DNA of 58,402 nt, the filler included, from Sphacelaria rigidula (Eukaryota): assembly GCA_964200075.2 (NCBI GenBank). It is 10 parts of 10 records of this genome, joined end to end, with 100 filler letters (N's around TTAATTAATTAA, not from the genome) between each part and the next. Parts side by side here need not be neighbours in the genome. Positions count along the whole stretch, not along the records: positions 23,403 to 29,152 come from CAXNAA020024752.1; positions 29,253 to 35,002 come from CAXNAA020024753.1; positions 35,103 to 40,852 come from CAXNAA020024754.1; 7 more parts are not named here. One strand, 5' to 3'. Positions 25,402 through 38,430 of the stretch are shown here, one piece after another (the first letter of the stretch is position 1; every line of letters starts with the position of its first letter). The notes beneath the pieces were generated by a model. The model saw only the letters and a list, made by a program, of their open reading frames with translations, was not told where the DNA came from and did not search any database. A program made the translations under genes and the position numbers.

Positions 25402-28400
25402 TCTCACGCATTACATCCTGCATGTCCATTTTCTCACTTTATACTTACATAGTACACCTCATCGACGCTTGTTAGCGTTCTACACGCTCGCCTCTCACGG
25501 TATTGTTTTCCATGTAGTTCCCGATCTTTCACATGTCCAACCTATTCGCATTTTGCTTGTTCCGGGCGGCCTTTGACTCCCTCTGAAATCAGTTCGTTGA
25601 TTTTTGCGAGTGCCTCCTGTCGTGTTTGAGTCAATTGCTCGTTTTTCAGTATATCTCAACCCACTTAAGGTGCGACGGTGACATCTCAGCCTAGCACACA
25701 AGGCACACAGGAAACCAGTTGATCATATACTAGAAACTGTCCGAAACGTCGGCTGAGTAACTCACATGGTATTCGCTGGAGATCGTTGTTCCGGCGAAAT
25801 ATGTCCTCGTAGATTTCCCGTCCAGATCGATGCTTTCCGTCATCTCCATCAACTGCGAGACAGCAATCGAGGGTAAATTTGCGGAAATTGTCACGACGGT
25901 TCCAATGCGATCGCCATCAAGCAATACATAGATGGAGCGCCCACGTGGCCCCCAGATTTATTCGCTAGTAGTAGTCATATCCTGATCCTGCCACCTGCCA
26001 CTAATTCACGCCATAGTTCCAGTGCTAGTTAGGTGGACCAAAGGTGATCGCGCCAGACACACACAAGCAATCGCCAATCGCCAAGTAATGTAACCGCCGG
26101 CGAACGAGCCGACAAGGACACACAGCGGAATATAAAACGTTTTACACACAACTCCCAAGTTAACCCCTGCCGGGCCAGATGGTACAGATCGACCCTGCTA
26201 CTACAATACTGACTCTTGTGAAACAAGCATAGGGGATATATTGGCTGTTGAGTCATGCTGCGCCAGGGGCAGTGGGTGTTTGATTGGACGAGACGAAGGG
26301 CTTGCGGGTGTGTCAGACGACCTAACACACTCGCGTTGCGCTTGTATTTGGACAAAAATCAATGTCAAGGAGTATGAATGAGCGCTATTCATCGGTGGCA
26401 AGCGCCTCCGAACAACCGTTGTTGCTTTCAACGACGATTTGAAATGGAATATCGTGGAAGAAATGGTCCAAAATCCCCCCCCCAACCCTATCATACATGA
26501 CTCTATTCTGCCCAAGTAATGTACATGAATCAGGGATTGGAAATCTCGGTATACACGGTATGCTGTCATTAAAGGAGCACGCTCGCAATCAGAGAGGAGC
26601 TGCTGAGTTTTGGGGTCGTCGTTTCCGGTGTTGAAGATCGACCGTCGATAATGTTTCGAAATGAGGTCTATCAAACATAGGGCGACGAAAACGATGATGG
26701 CATACACGCGCACGTACATGCACACAAATGTACGAGAGCACACCATACGACCGATCGGCGACCGACACAAACATGACGCAAACATGACAAAACAAGTATA
26801 CCGTACTACTGAGCACGACGTACAATTGTTGATTGAGTAAAGTTGTGCCGAACGATGCCGGGTTGTATGCGCGTGTACGGCATATTCCCGATGAAGCTGC
26901 TGTGGGAGCCATCGCCCAACGGGTATTCCAGATTCGGGTCAGACCAATACACGTTCACCGTTAGACTGGTCATGGAGAAGGAGACGGCAGAGAGTGGGGC
27001 ATGAGCACGACGATATCTGAGAGTTAGTGTCACGAATCAGTTGTTGCTTGGTAGGACAACAAAACATTTTGCGATGCGTGAACTCAGATTCCCATAGTCA
27101 TGCCAGTAGCTTGATATATATCGTTTGCCCATCACCCGAAGCCTCTGTTTTTAAATCATTTGTTATTCCAAACTTTCGGGCAGGCGTCACAGATACGTAC
27201 GCGGGAAGAACATTCAGGCAAATCGTCCGTCGTAGCGGCTTGTGGCGGCGTGCCGATGTCAAAATGTGGTGTGAAAATGATGCCGATCCAGCAGATGACC
27301 CACCCTGGCCCAAAACGTTGACCCTGTGACTACAAGGAAAGTTCTCAAATATGAAAAGGTTGGCGGCGTCCCTGCGGCCGGGTTAGGGCAAAACCATAAT
27401 GTTTTCGCCGGCCGTATTCTCTAGTTGGGTCTCACGCTCCGTGGGAGGAGTGGATGCTTTGAAGGTGCTTTTCGACATGTGTGTAGAGGTAGAAACGATG
27501 GTAGTGGTGGTGGTGTGGCGTGCGAGGGAGGGTATGCCGAGGGTGTGGCGCGAGCTCGATCGAGTGGAGAGAGAGCGGGGGACCGAGAAAACACACATGT
27601 TCTCGGAACGGACGAAGGGCTCGGACGAAGAAACAAATGTACTCAAGTTTAAAGTGAGCGCGGTGGTGGTCTGTGAGAGCTCAACACCGCGTGGGATGCT
27701 GCACTGTGAGGAGTCGAGAAAACGTTCTTCTGGAGTTTGATGAAAGTTCTAATATATAAAAGGTTCAAAGATTTTCGGCGCTTTGCGGCACCGCCCAACT
27801 TGAGCGATTCCAAGGCGAAAGACAATGTGGAGCACCATTGCTAAAGATACGTGGGAGATCATTTACATGTTTAGAAAAAAATGGGATGCTAAAACGGAAA
27901 GAAGCTCTTGTGTATAGATTGGCCATCGCACGCGTGGCTTTGATTGATTGATTGATTGATTTGCAGTTCGGTTTGTTTGCAAGTCATGGTATAATCGCAC
28001 AGGAACACTTCTCAGTATCCCTCAAACATCGTCGACGAGAAGACCACATGGAAAAGTGGAGATCCCAACTGCACATAACTAATAATTATTGGTTCAAAGC
28101 CGTGAATGCGAAGACCTCACAGAACGAAGGCACTGATCCTGCGCAACATCAAAACTCAACCGTTGAGTACTCAGAAGACACCACGACCCAGGGTATATTG
28201 GCTAACATGATGCACCAATGAACTCAATACCAATGTGCTTGGCGTCGCATACTTCACTAGGTCACGGCAATACGGGGACACAAATTATGCACCGACGGGG
28301 TTGCAAATAAGCGATGTTCCCAGGGGCACTTCTGCGGTAATTCAGGCCAAATTTTGCAGGCCTGATTTTTATCGAAATGAAAAAGTTCTCCCACTAGAAA

Positions 28401-29079
28401 ATTGATGAAGACGCTGGATCAGAGGTGCCTCATGCGACACTAATCATCATTTCACTGGGAGATTACCAATGACCAACAACCATGTCGCATTCGAGGATTG
28501 ACCACTTCGGCGTATTCAAGACGAGCTATCAAAAATGAAACCCGGGAATCGCACCTACGCTGTCGAGTTGGTAGGGGTAGGAAAACCTTGCGGCCGAATC
28601 GGATGAAGCCCGGCTTCGCAAATGCCAAGTGAAGTTTGAGCGCTCGGACCGACGGGTCTTGACCACTTCATTTTGTTTTGATTGTTTCAATGTATTGGGG
28701 GCCTCATCAATAATTCAAAACGTAGTGCATGGCACGTACGGCTACGTAGAAAGCATCGTCAACACATTGATGATGCTTATGTAGAGGTTAGGTCCATAAT
28801 TTTTCCAGGGATAGGAAAGCAGGCGTCCCCGGAGGTGATATTTACTTTTTGGTCCTGCCGCGACAACAACTCTGATGCTCCTGACTGCCTTCAGGGTACA
28901 TAAGAGGTGTAGATCAACTCCTTGACCGCCGGAGTTGCCCATTAAACCCGAATCATTTTCACTTCATTTCCAGGTGAAAATGATTGGGTCAAAATGTCTC
29001 AAGGATCGAACATGATGCCGATTGATCAAATGGACACCGCGTTCTCGGGGACAGTACAGAGCTCGTACAGATTTTCTTT

Positions 29080-29152
29080 TTTTCTTCACACTTTCAACCC
29101 CTCCCCTTCCTCGGGATGAGTCCGTGGTCTCAAGGGATCAACCCATCTCTCC
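29080..29152 (-). mobile_element. 3' end of the SINE family seen at 45010-45678, cut by the contig end
   Basis: gagtccgtggtctcaagggatcaacc is identical to the sequence at ~45385-45410. Confidence 0.8.
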
Positions 29153-29649
29153 NNNNNNNNNNNNNNNNNNNNNNNNNNNNNNNNNNNNNNNNNNNNTTAA
29201 TTAATTAANNNNNNNNNNNNNNNNNNNNNNNNNNNNNNNNNNNNNNNNNNNNCCATGCATTATCCATACCAAATTTCAGGGTTTAACTCCAAATATTGGC
29301 CAGCGAATCCGCCTGCAAACGTCCATGCAGCCTCTAGGCTGGCCCGGCTCGTAGGGGAATTCGTCATGTCCTGGCCTTGAATCCCAACTTTCTTAATAAT
29401 CCCTGAGTTTTTCCTTAACCCTGAGTTCTGACTTGTGTTTCCGAAACTCTCTATTGTGGAGTGTTCGGTGTTGAACCTATGATTTGCAGATGGTTTGATA
29501 TTCTAGAGAAGAAATGGGATCCTAGAAAGAGGATGCGTGTAGGTTGGCGATCACACAGCGGGCGTAGAACTGCCCGTGCAAGCGAAATAAGAAAACCTGC
29601 TCGCGAAAAAAATGAACCCCATCTAGTTGCAAAAGGAACCTGCCAGCAG

Positions 29650-30290
29650 GACTCCGCGCCCGTGGGGTGACATGTGCATTGAAGTGCGCAACTTGATTCA
29701 AGTAGAGGGCATTTATCTTTTTCACATCCATGGCCTGCATAACTCCTCAGAATCGAATTTTTTGGGGGGGAAATTACACGGAGGCAGTGCTGTACTGCTG
29801 GGGAATGTAGCGAAGCCTGCCGTGGTTTAGGGTGACACCGTGATGCGACTTCGGGTACTTTCGGCTTGCCCTGTTATTCAGTTGGACGTCCTGTAATTAC
29901 CAATGCAATGCACTTGTGCATTGTACTGTTTGTACAGTCACATGCTCCTCTGTAGCTACTCTCTTGTTACAGTACATACCCCACTTTGATCCATTTGTAC
30001 CGCGGCACTCTACTGTCGAGCTTGCATTGCACTATACTCTAATGCACCGCACTGGGATGTATCTTAACTACTCTCAGTAGCAGCACTGTGTGGTGACCGT
30101 AGCAATTTCAGCAATGCAGTAGGTGCCTTACCGTAACTCCCCTGTACCGATGCGCATTGGTCCATTCGTCCGTTTTCGAAGCACTCATGAATCGGTGGAA
30201 CCTGCGGCTGATCACTGCGACCGAAGAAATCCACGTCAAGCCACGTCGTATCAGCTTCCAATATGAAGTGCAGTTTCAACGCTTCCATTC
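29650..30290 (-). pseudogene. Possible highly decayed pogo/Tc1-type DDE transposase fragment
   Basis: Minus strand gives PPKNS...VMQAMDVKKINAL, which resembles the LPPNTTSxLQPMDxGxI motif of pogo-like transposases. Upstream ADTTWLDVDFF weakly resembles NxxAWMTxxxF. Recognition only. Confidence 0.3.
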
Positions 30291-33200
30291 TGCACTATAA
30301 ATATGCTCAGGATCTGTTTGCCCCGAAACTCTCTTATTTTGATGGATGATTCCAGTATATAGCTACCGGTCAATGACGCCTTGGCCTTTCCGACTGTCTC
30401 GCCGATTCAGCAGGTGACCTACCCTCGCGGTCAAAGGGTTAACCGTTTGACTGCAAGGATCGGTCATCGGATTGAAGCATACATTTTCAGGTGAAATTGA
30501 TGCCGATTCAACAGATGACTAACTCTCGCCGTCAAAGGGTTTAGCTGTTTGACCGCGGCGGTTGTTCATCATGGGTCATACACAGCCATACACCGGAGTA
30601 CAGAAGGTAGGCGACTGATAAGATGTGCAGAAGTAATGGTTGTCAACGTGCCCGACGTCGGGTATTTCCCATGACCACGGCAATCCGACTACGCAAAGCC
30701 GAGAAGCCACACTGACAGATTCCGGGTTGACTGGTGAAACTGACCAGCGCCAAAGCCACTGTGTCAAACGGCTGAGAACGTCACTGGTACCGGAGAGACA
30801 TAGAGGTTCCGTTGCCTTGACGGGTGAAGAGTAGGTCACTGGTTCCGGGGAAATAAGGTGCGGTAGATTTTCATGAGAGAAAAGTCTAACGGCTCGGCGC
30901 GTCACTGGTGTTGGGGGTTCCGCGCGTTAAATTCCAAGGAAAAGAGAGATGTAAAAAGTGCCACGGAAACAGGTTGCGGTGATTCCGAGTAGGGAAACGT
31001 CAGATTATGCTGGCTAGGGAAGTCACTGGTCCCGGAGTAAATTCCGCGGAGAAACTGGCAAATTCCGGGAAGGGAAACGGGAAAGTGTGGATATAGGGCA
31101 AATTCCCCCCCAAAACACGGGAGAGTATGAACGGAATAATACTGGCCGCTGGTGCGTCGCGCTTCGTAGCAATTCTGCGCTGTCAGGCATCGTGATTGCA
31201 GCACCTGCGTCCAGGTACTCGGAATGCGGACAAACTTAAGAAATAAGAATAATATATATACAAGGTTCCCCTTCGGGAGGTTGATACTGGCCTCCGGGGG
31301 GTGACGCAAGTCGAAAATATACCAGTGTTACTCCTTTTTCATATTATGGAGACGATTTTGTGGGAGAATATGTACCTTCCAGTACGGTGCAGTACAGTAG
31401 TGGGCGGTCTAACTATTTAAGGGCGTTTTGGGGTTTCCCCCGCGTACTACTCTTCGATAGAACTCGTAATTGCTAGCGTCGGTAGATTTTGGCACAAAAA
31501 AACAGATAATTTTCGAAACACAGTGCCCGAGTCAGTGTCAGGTGGTGTTATCGGGCGAAACAAGTAAATACCCTGTTCATCAGGAGGGTGTCATTGACCG
31601 TGAAACACAGTTTTTCGGCCCTAGCGTACTCAGTAGGCAGAATTTCACATAAATAAAGCTGTGTATTTCTTTGTAAATATGATCGGGACGGGCTCGATCG
31701 ACCAAAAATACAGAGGAGTAAAAACCTGGGCTAAAACGTGGCAGGACCCCCGATGACCGGTCAGCCCGTAAGTCACTCCACATTGAGTACAAATGATTTT
31801 TTCTTCTTGGAATGTGGAGCGGATACCAATATATTCAGATCCCCGATGTGATGAGGGGTGGCAAGCGCAAAAAGCCCAAGAAAATCGCAAACTACGAAAT
31901 AATCACAAAATGCCACAAAATGAGTAGTTGGAGCGCGCACTACTGTAGATACTCTTACTGTCACATTTCGCAGTATCGAATGTCTCAGACCAAGAGTAGC
32001 GGGAAGAGTGGTGGGCACTTCCAGCATGAAGAGCTCGCTTCACGGGCGGTGTGCGGAGGTTGAAAAAACACCATCACGCACGAGACCCGTCACAGCACAC
32101 ATCGCAAGTGGTTGCTACTGAAATAAGGTCACGTCCCGGTAGTACACGGCGAACTTGTGCAGGGTTCTCTAAATGCCGCCCCGACCCCGCGCGCACGGAT
32201 TTCAAATCACCCTTGTATGCAGTATATATGTATGATATTGCTTGCTGTCTGTGTGTACGTTGTGTACCACCCCTCGCTCTGCTACATCTAGTACAGCGGG
32301 CGGTGTTGCAGCTAAGTGTGCATTTGCCCTAGGTGGCGCACGCAAGAGTAATAGGCCGCCTCTGCCGCTATAATTCCTGCCTGTATGTTGAGCGGATGGT
32401 AACACAGCCGCTACGGCGCGCAAGCCGGCTGTAACAATTCATACCGCGTGGAGATTTCTACACTGTCTTGAAGTTCATACTGCGCGCAGTTTCACCTTTG
32501 TACGAGTATTGTGCACATCGCAGAAGACAATAGCTTCTATGTGCACAATACATGTTTTTAAATTGTATACTTACTGTAGAAAGCTCTTGTCTAGGGTGTA
32601 ACACATTTCCACATATATCAGGCGGTGAGATCGTGAAATATTCAAATAATCCACAGCACATGGCCGAAGCGGAAGTGAGGCAGTCACCGAAATATTCGCG
32701 TGCAAAGCATGTGCGGCCGTACTCTGAGTTGTTAACGCTAGAAGAACACCAGTGCAACGGCCATTCTGGCTGCCGGCCTGTGCACGGTCGTCCCGGTAGT
32801 GTTGGGACTGTCTGTACCGGGATGTTGCCCCCAGTGCCAGGTACGCCGGCAAGGGTCCGGAGCACTGCCCACTGGTCGCGCGACAGGAGCTCAATCTTCG
32901 ACTGTCGAGATTTTTGAGGCGGAAATGTTCAGCTCCCAACCCTCACATAGACCTTGATAGCGGACCATAAACGATGCTCATTTGCTGGGTTTCTTCGAGC
33001 GTTCGTCCATAACTGGGCGAAGATTGATGGCCGGCAGGATCCGTCGCAGCCTGCGTGATCAACTATCACTGTACCCACTCTATCTAGCCGCCATTAGACA
33101 GCAGGGTGTTGAAAAAACAGAATGCCACGCACCGTGGGTATCCACCGTGTCAATGCACACCGGGCCATCGGCGACTTCCCCTGCTGCAGCTGTGACTGTG

Positions 33201-33349
33201 ACCCCTTCCTCTAATACCAATCTACACATTCTTCAGTGTTCTTCACGATGCTTCTTTTGTGGGCTGTTACGTTCGCATAAGTGGGGCACGTATTACACAG
33301 ATATGACTGTGTTAGAGGCTTCACGTCAAAACTAAATGAGAGGGGATCT

Positions 33350-33800
33350 CAGATCATTCCACTTGTGTTTGCTGCTGACTAAGTCAAGGCAATGTCCAGC
33401 TGTTTTCAACTGCTTTGCTCTCATCATGTTCTCGTGACATTCGCTGCATAACAACTGTGTTCGTGTTCCCAAATCACCGAGAACGCAAAGAAAATCACGG
33501 TGAAATAATACCCCGCCATGTGAGCGGGCTTTTGTTGCTCTTGTTTGAAGTTTTCGACGATCTTGGAAAGACTTTTGTGGTTCGGGATCGACACCCCGCG
33601 AAAAAGAGCCAGCGTGGGCGACTTTCGATGGCAAGAACACGCGCCACAGGTATCAGATGACACCCAAACCTGAACTGTAATGTACCGCTGATCCTCCATC
33701 GCGCACTGCAAAAGAAAGCGCGGACTAAGATGCCTTGCAGCCAGAGAACACTCGGCAAAAGTGGTGAAACATGCGGAATGATACATGTACATATATATAT
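33350..33800 (-). repeat. Repeated coding-like segment of unknown family; second copy ~36340-36762
   Basis: The two copies in different contigs align closely (ttttgtggttcgggatcgacaccccgcgaaaaa...gatacatgtacatatata). The adjacent 33895-34175 is similar to 2150-2430. Confidence 0.75.
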
Positions 33801-35864
33801 ACGCCTGTGTTGCCCTTTTACTTGCTGTTTGAATGATGTGACCTGGTAACTCTGGCGGTAATGGAGGAATCGAGCACATTTGCACATATTTTAACTCACG
33901 TCCAACATCACATTTGGCCATCCTTGCAGCCATGGGAATTGTGTGCGAATGCCTGATGACTGTCCCCAGCCCAATTTCGACTTGATGAGAGCAGCGACGT
34001 TGAACACGTATTGATGTTTTCCCCTGTGTTATACGAAGGCCACTCTCAGTGGCTCACCGTCCACGCTCCATCGCATAGCACGTTGCCCTAGTAAACACTG
34101 GCCAGTAATGGCCCTTGGCCAGCGGTTGTGGGGTCACCATTACTCATCATCTCCTTGCACCGCCGCATGCACCACAACGCCAGTGGACTCTAAAACCAAA
34201 TGAAACATGCTCGCGCGATAGAATGAAGGCTTTGCTGTCTGAAAAAAAAGTCCTCTTTTTCGGTCACAGGCTAGGGATGCATTAGACAGTAGGGAGAAAA
34301 CGATGGTTATACTAGGAGACAGACGGTGGCCACAGACAGCGAAACGGGACGTAAGATATGTAAGCGGTTTTTGTGTAATATATGGAAGGAACGCCATGAG
34401 CGCCGAAATGTTGGAGGTGTCTGTATTAGGAGTAGGAACGATGCTCCGTCTCGGAAGGAATGAGTGGTCAATCGTCAAACGACTAAGGCAAGCATCAGAT
34501 GAGTAAGCTCCCCCCCCCCACTATACCACCACGGTTGGTGGACACAATCAAAGTCCAACTCGTCCAATCTGCCAGCACCACATATCAGCCGGGGGACGAG
34601 ATGAACTGAGAGTACGCGACGACTGTAATTCCCAGCAGTGACAGAGGCTGTGCTTCCCACTTGCTCCTTCCAGCCATGGCTATTGTTTGCAATCGGGCGT
34701 GTGCTCGGAGGCCCAAGCCGCCAGAAACCTTTGCACGTAAAAACTTGTGCGCAACATTTGTTCCGTTGACACATCTCTCCGCATATACGCTGTTCTGGAC
34801 AAGACTGCACTGACCCCGGTTGTTGGCGATCACGCCCGAAGCCACGTCTTTGGATGACATGGTTGGATACAGATCGAAATAATACTCTATTTTAACATGC
34901 GGTGCTTCGCTGTGCTCTACTTCTACCTCACTGTATTGCTATGTCACTGACTACGACGGGTGTACTCATGATCATGCATGCCATAGTCATCAGACCATTG
35001 ACNNNNNNNNNNNNNNNNNNNNNNNNNNNNNNNNNNNNNNNNNNNNTTAATTAATTAANNNNNNNNNNNNNNNNNNNNNNNNNNNNNNNNNNNNNNNNNN
35101 NNAAGCACGGCTTTTGAGTTGAACCTCATTTTTTTTTTCAACCCCATTTTCGAAAATCGGCTGTTTGTTGCTGTTTTGCTTCCTGCCGTGTATGGCGTTC
35201 ATGACTGTGGCAAACATATTTCTCACAACCTCTCTGTGACACAGGGAGGCAGTCGAACAGGCTAGGGCGTGATCGACCGGCTCTCTCGGGATGCTGCAGG
35301 AGCACACATGAGTAAAAGTACCGACTTTAGAAAGTCCTGTGCATAGATTGCAGCATGCTTGCTTCCTGTGAGTTGTATGCGCGGATACACCAAATACAAC
35401 CACCAGCTTTACACTTTTCAGACGGTGCAGTAAAGTAGCTTACACTCGTAGCAGTACTGCAGGTAAGTAGGTAGCTACTGGACTGCTCCTGTTCTTCACT
35501 TCGAAAGTGCGTATGTCTGCAAACGACGACCACCGGGCTTGGCCCCAACAGCTCCAACACCGCTGCCGGAGCACGCATCGTCTAAGAAAGTAGGCACCGA
35601 CAACCCACGGTGCTTTTTACTCTACGACATAGCCCAGGGTGTGACTAGTAAGGTTCCTGATGCTTGCGAGCGCCACGGCGTCCGCCAAGGGCAGCTCTGC
35701 GGAGTATTGTGCTGCGGTCCGAAATATTTGGCTTTCGTCAAACGTGAAAGCTTGGCGGAAAAGTCTAGCCGCTTGATTTTCGAAGAAGGCCAAGCGCCCG
35801 GTGCGAAAACGCCCAAAATCTTGGCGATCTCCCAAAAACCTATGTCGATCATAACGGCCCTTAA

Positions 35865-35961
35865 CCCTCAAACCGCGATGCAGGTAATCCATCTGGATCA
35901 CCGCTATTTTAAGTGAAACTGATGCCGATTCAGCAGGTGACCTACCCTCGCAGTCGAAGGG
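35865..35961. mobile_element. 97-bp piggyBac-like MITE
   Basis: TTAA-ccctcaaaccgcga...tcgcagtcgaaggg-TTAA, i.e. CCC...GGG ends with a TTAA TSD. Related sequence lies at 30400-30560, 40165-40250 and 54025-54082. Confidence 0.75.
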
Positions 35962-36859
35962 TTAAGAAACGCTCTGAACCCCCCTTACCCGACAGTTCTT
36001 GGTATGCCTTGGTCGATGTTAGGGTTAGGTTTAGCGTTAGGGTTCGTGGCATCTCCAAAGTACCAACCATTGTTTACGTACATTTCTTTAGGTCCCCTCT
36101 GTGAAGTACATATGTAGGGATGCATCCTCGTCACAAGGATATATCTTCCATCCCCATCACAAGGGCATCCCTGTGCCGGTACTTCACAGGTGCATTCTTT
36201 GAAAGAAACCTCTCTTACGGGTTGCATGATCAAAGGGATTTCGTCACCCCCTTGCACTGATCTTCCACAGCTGACCAACAGTGAGGACGTTTGCCCACGT
36301 GTGTGCCTTGTTCAACTCGCCAATGGCTCGTTGCACGGTCTTGTTTTTGCTGCTGACTAAGACGAAGGCAATGTTCAATTGTTGCCAAGTGCTTTGCTCT
36401 CATGTTCTCGTGACATTCGCTGCATGACCGCTGTCTTTGTCCTCTCGAATTAAGGAGAACACAAAGAAATACCCCGCCATGAACAGGCTTTTGTTGTTTT
36501 GGTTCCTGCTTGAGGTTTTCCATAATCTTGAAGAGGCTTTTGTGGTTCGGGATCGACACCCCGCGAAAAAAAGCCAGTGTGGGCGACTTTCGATGGCCAG
36601 AACACGCGCCACAGGTATCAGATGACACCCAAACCTAAAGAGTAATGTACCGCTAGGTCTTCTTCGTGCACTGCAAAAGAAAGCGCGTGATAAGATGCCC
36701 TGCCGCCAGAGAAAACTCGGCAAAAGTGGTGAAAAATGCGAAATGATACATGTACATATATATTGGTGAACAAGAACCCCCGACTCTGACTCTCGAAACT
36801 TTAAATGTAACACAAAACTAAATTCTTGTACACATACGCGTTGTTGTATGTCATGCGAG

Positions 36860-37960
36860 CAGGTAGTGAAACACCCGCGTATGTTCGGCTGCTATCTCAC
36901 ATGGAAAGGTTAGAAGCGCACCTGGACCGCGTAGGTGAGGGAGAGATGTCCGCATTTCACTTCATCATACACTCCGGAAGGTTGTTCGGGAAATCCCTGA
37001 AGAAGTCACTGGTGACTTCCATCGACACTGATCAGTGGATCATGTACTTCTGGCGATGTCCTCCGGTGTATCAAGCCGTATGGCTCAGGCGCCGTGCTAG
37101 TCACTGTCGAACGCATCGTGATTGATGGCCCTCAGTACATACTGGTGAACTGGGTGTACAGTGCGATCGAGAATCTGAGGGACGGGAGCGAGAGTGCTTG
37201 GCCGCCCGACGGCCAGTACGATTGACTGACACTATTAATCAAGGTGGCACTGTTCGGTTTCACCTACCTGCTGGCCGGGTGTGATTTTTCACCACATGTA
37301 TCTGGGATTCCTTTCCTGAAGGTGTGGGATTTTGTTTTGAAGGCAATTCGCACGCCGAACCTCTTCACGAAAGCGATACTGGCGGACAAAGGTGGGAGGC
37401 TCAGGGTGGAGATGGATGAGGGCGTGAAGCTGCTGGCCACCGTTTTCTTTTTCAGGCACGAAAACGCTTTCTCGCAAGTTGCCACGGATCCGGGAATTCT
37501 GTTAACCACGTGCGAACAGGACTTGGCGTCGTACGTGAACAAGATCCGTCTGTGCATCACCACAGCGCATGGGCACCAGCCTTCCTGCTACTGTCTAGAC
37601 TTGGACGCCTGTAAGAAGCACGTCAGTTAGTCCGATGTAGTGTTGGAATACTTGGGGGGAAGCTTCCTACGCAGCATGCCCCACGTGAACTTTAATGGAC
37701 GCGGGTTGGGCATAGAACCTGAGAGGAGGGCTCACCACAAGGGTGGTGTAAGAGCGTCGATACCAGCGGGGGTGGAGCTATCACGCGATAACATTGTGAT
37801 ATACTTGTCGAGTCACACATACGTCGACACTTCCGGAAAACGTGCAAATACTCAGATGCCCATGCAACCCGGAAAGGGCGGCGACAAAACACAGATGCCG
37901 GAGTTGCAGGTGTTTGGGCAACTGCATTCTGAGCTGCGGTTGCCAGGGTCGCTGCTTCCT
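36860..37960 (+). pseudogene. Decayed XPG/PIN-like nuclease plus Cys-rich domain, Academ-transposon-like C-terminal region
   Basis: Across frameshifts and stops: VGEGEMSAFHFI...LVTSIDTDQW/VLLAM...YILVN...FTYLLAGCDFSPHVSGIPFLKVW...LDACKKHV...GRGLG...RCPCNPERAATKHRCRSCRCLGNCILSCGCQGRC. Confidence 0.7.
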
Positions 37961-38024
37961 TCCCTCGCCCCCTTCGCGAGCGGCCGCCGCGAACCCCGCT
38001 GAGGAAGCCGGCGACGGACACAGC

Positions 38025-38430
38025 GGTGCACGCAGTCGATCGCGAGACGGGAGAAACCGATCAACAGCGAGGCATGCAAGGGGCGGGTCGACAGCATCAT
38101 GTGGAATGGGGGCGGCATCTCGAGCAAGCACCGCACCAGGGACACCTGTTGATGCGACTGATGGTGAGGAGCCTCGCTGTCGCGGCACCGGGAGGGAGGT
38201 GGTGGGGGTAACGCACTTGGGACTAGATTCGATCAGTGAAACCGACGGCGTAGGTGGCCGTGCACGCGGCCGATTCCGCAAAGGGAAAGGCCGGTCAACA
38301 GCGAAGCATGCAAGGGGCGAGTCAGATGCATCCCGCGGAAGGGGCGCGGCAAGTGGAGCGAGCAACGCGCCAGGGGCACCTGTTGATATGACCGATGGTG
38401 AGGGGCGTTACGGGCACGGCCGGAGACAGG
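38025..38430 (+). repeat. Two diverged direct repeats (~235-bp spacing) in the low-complexity tail after the Cys cluster
   Basis: gtgcacgc...tcaacagcga.gcatgcaaggggcg.gtc...ccaggg.cacctgttgat..gac.gatggtgagg occurs twice and stays in frame in ORF 37842-38435. Confidence 0.75.
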
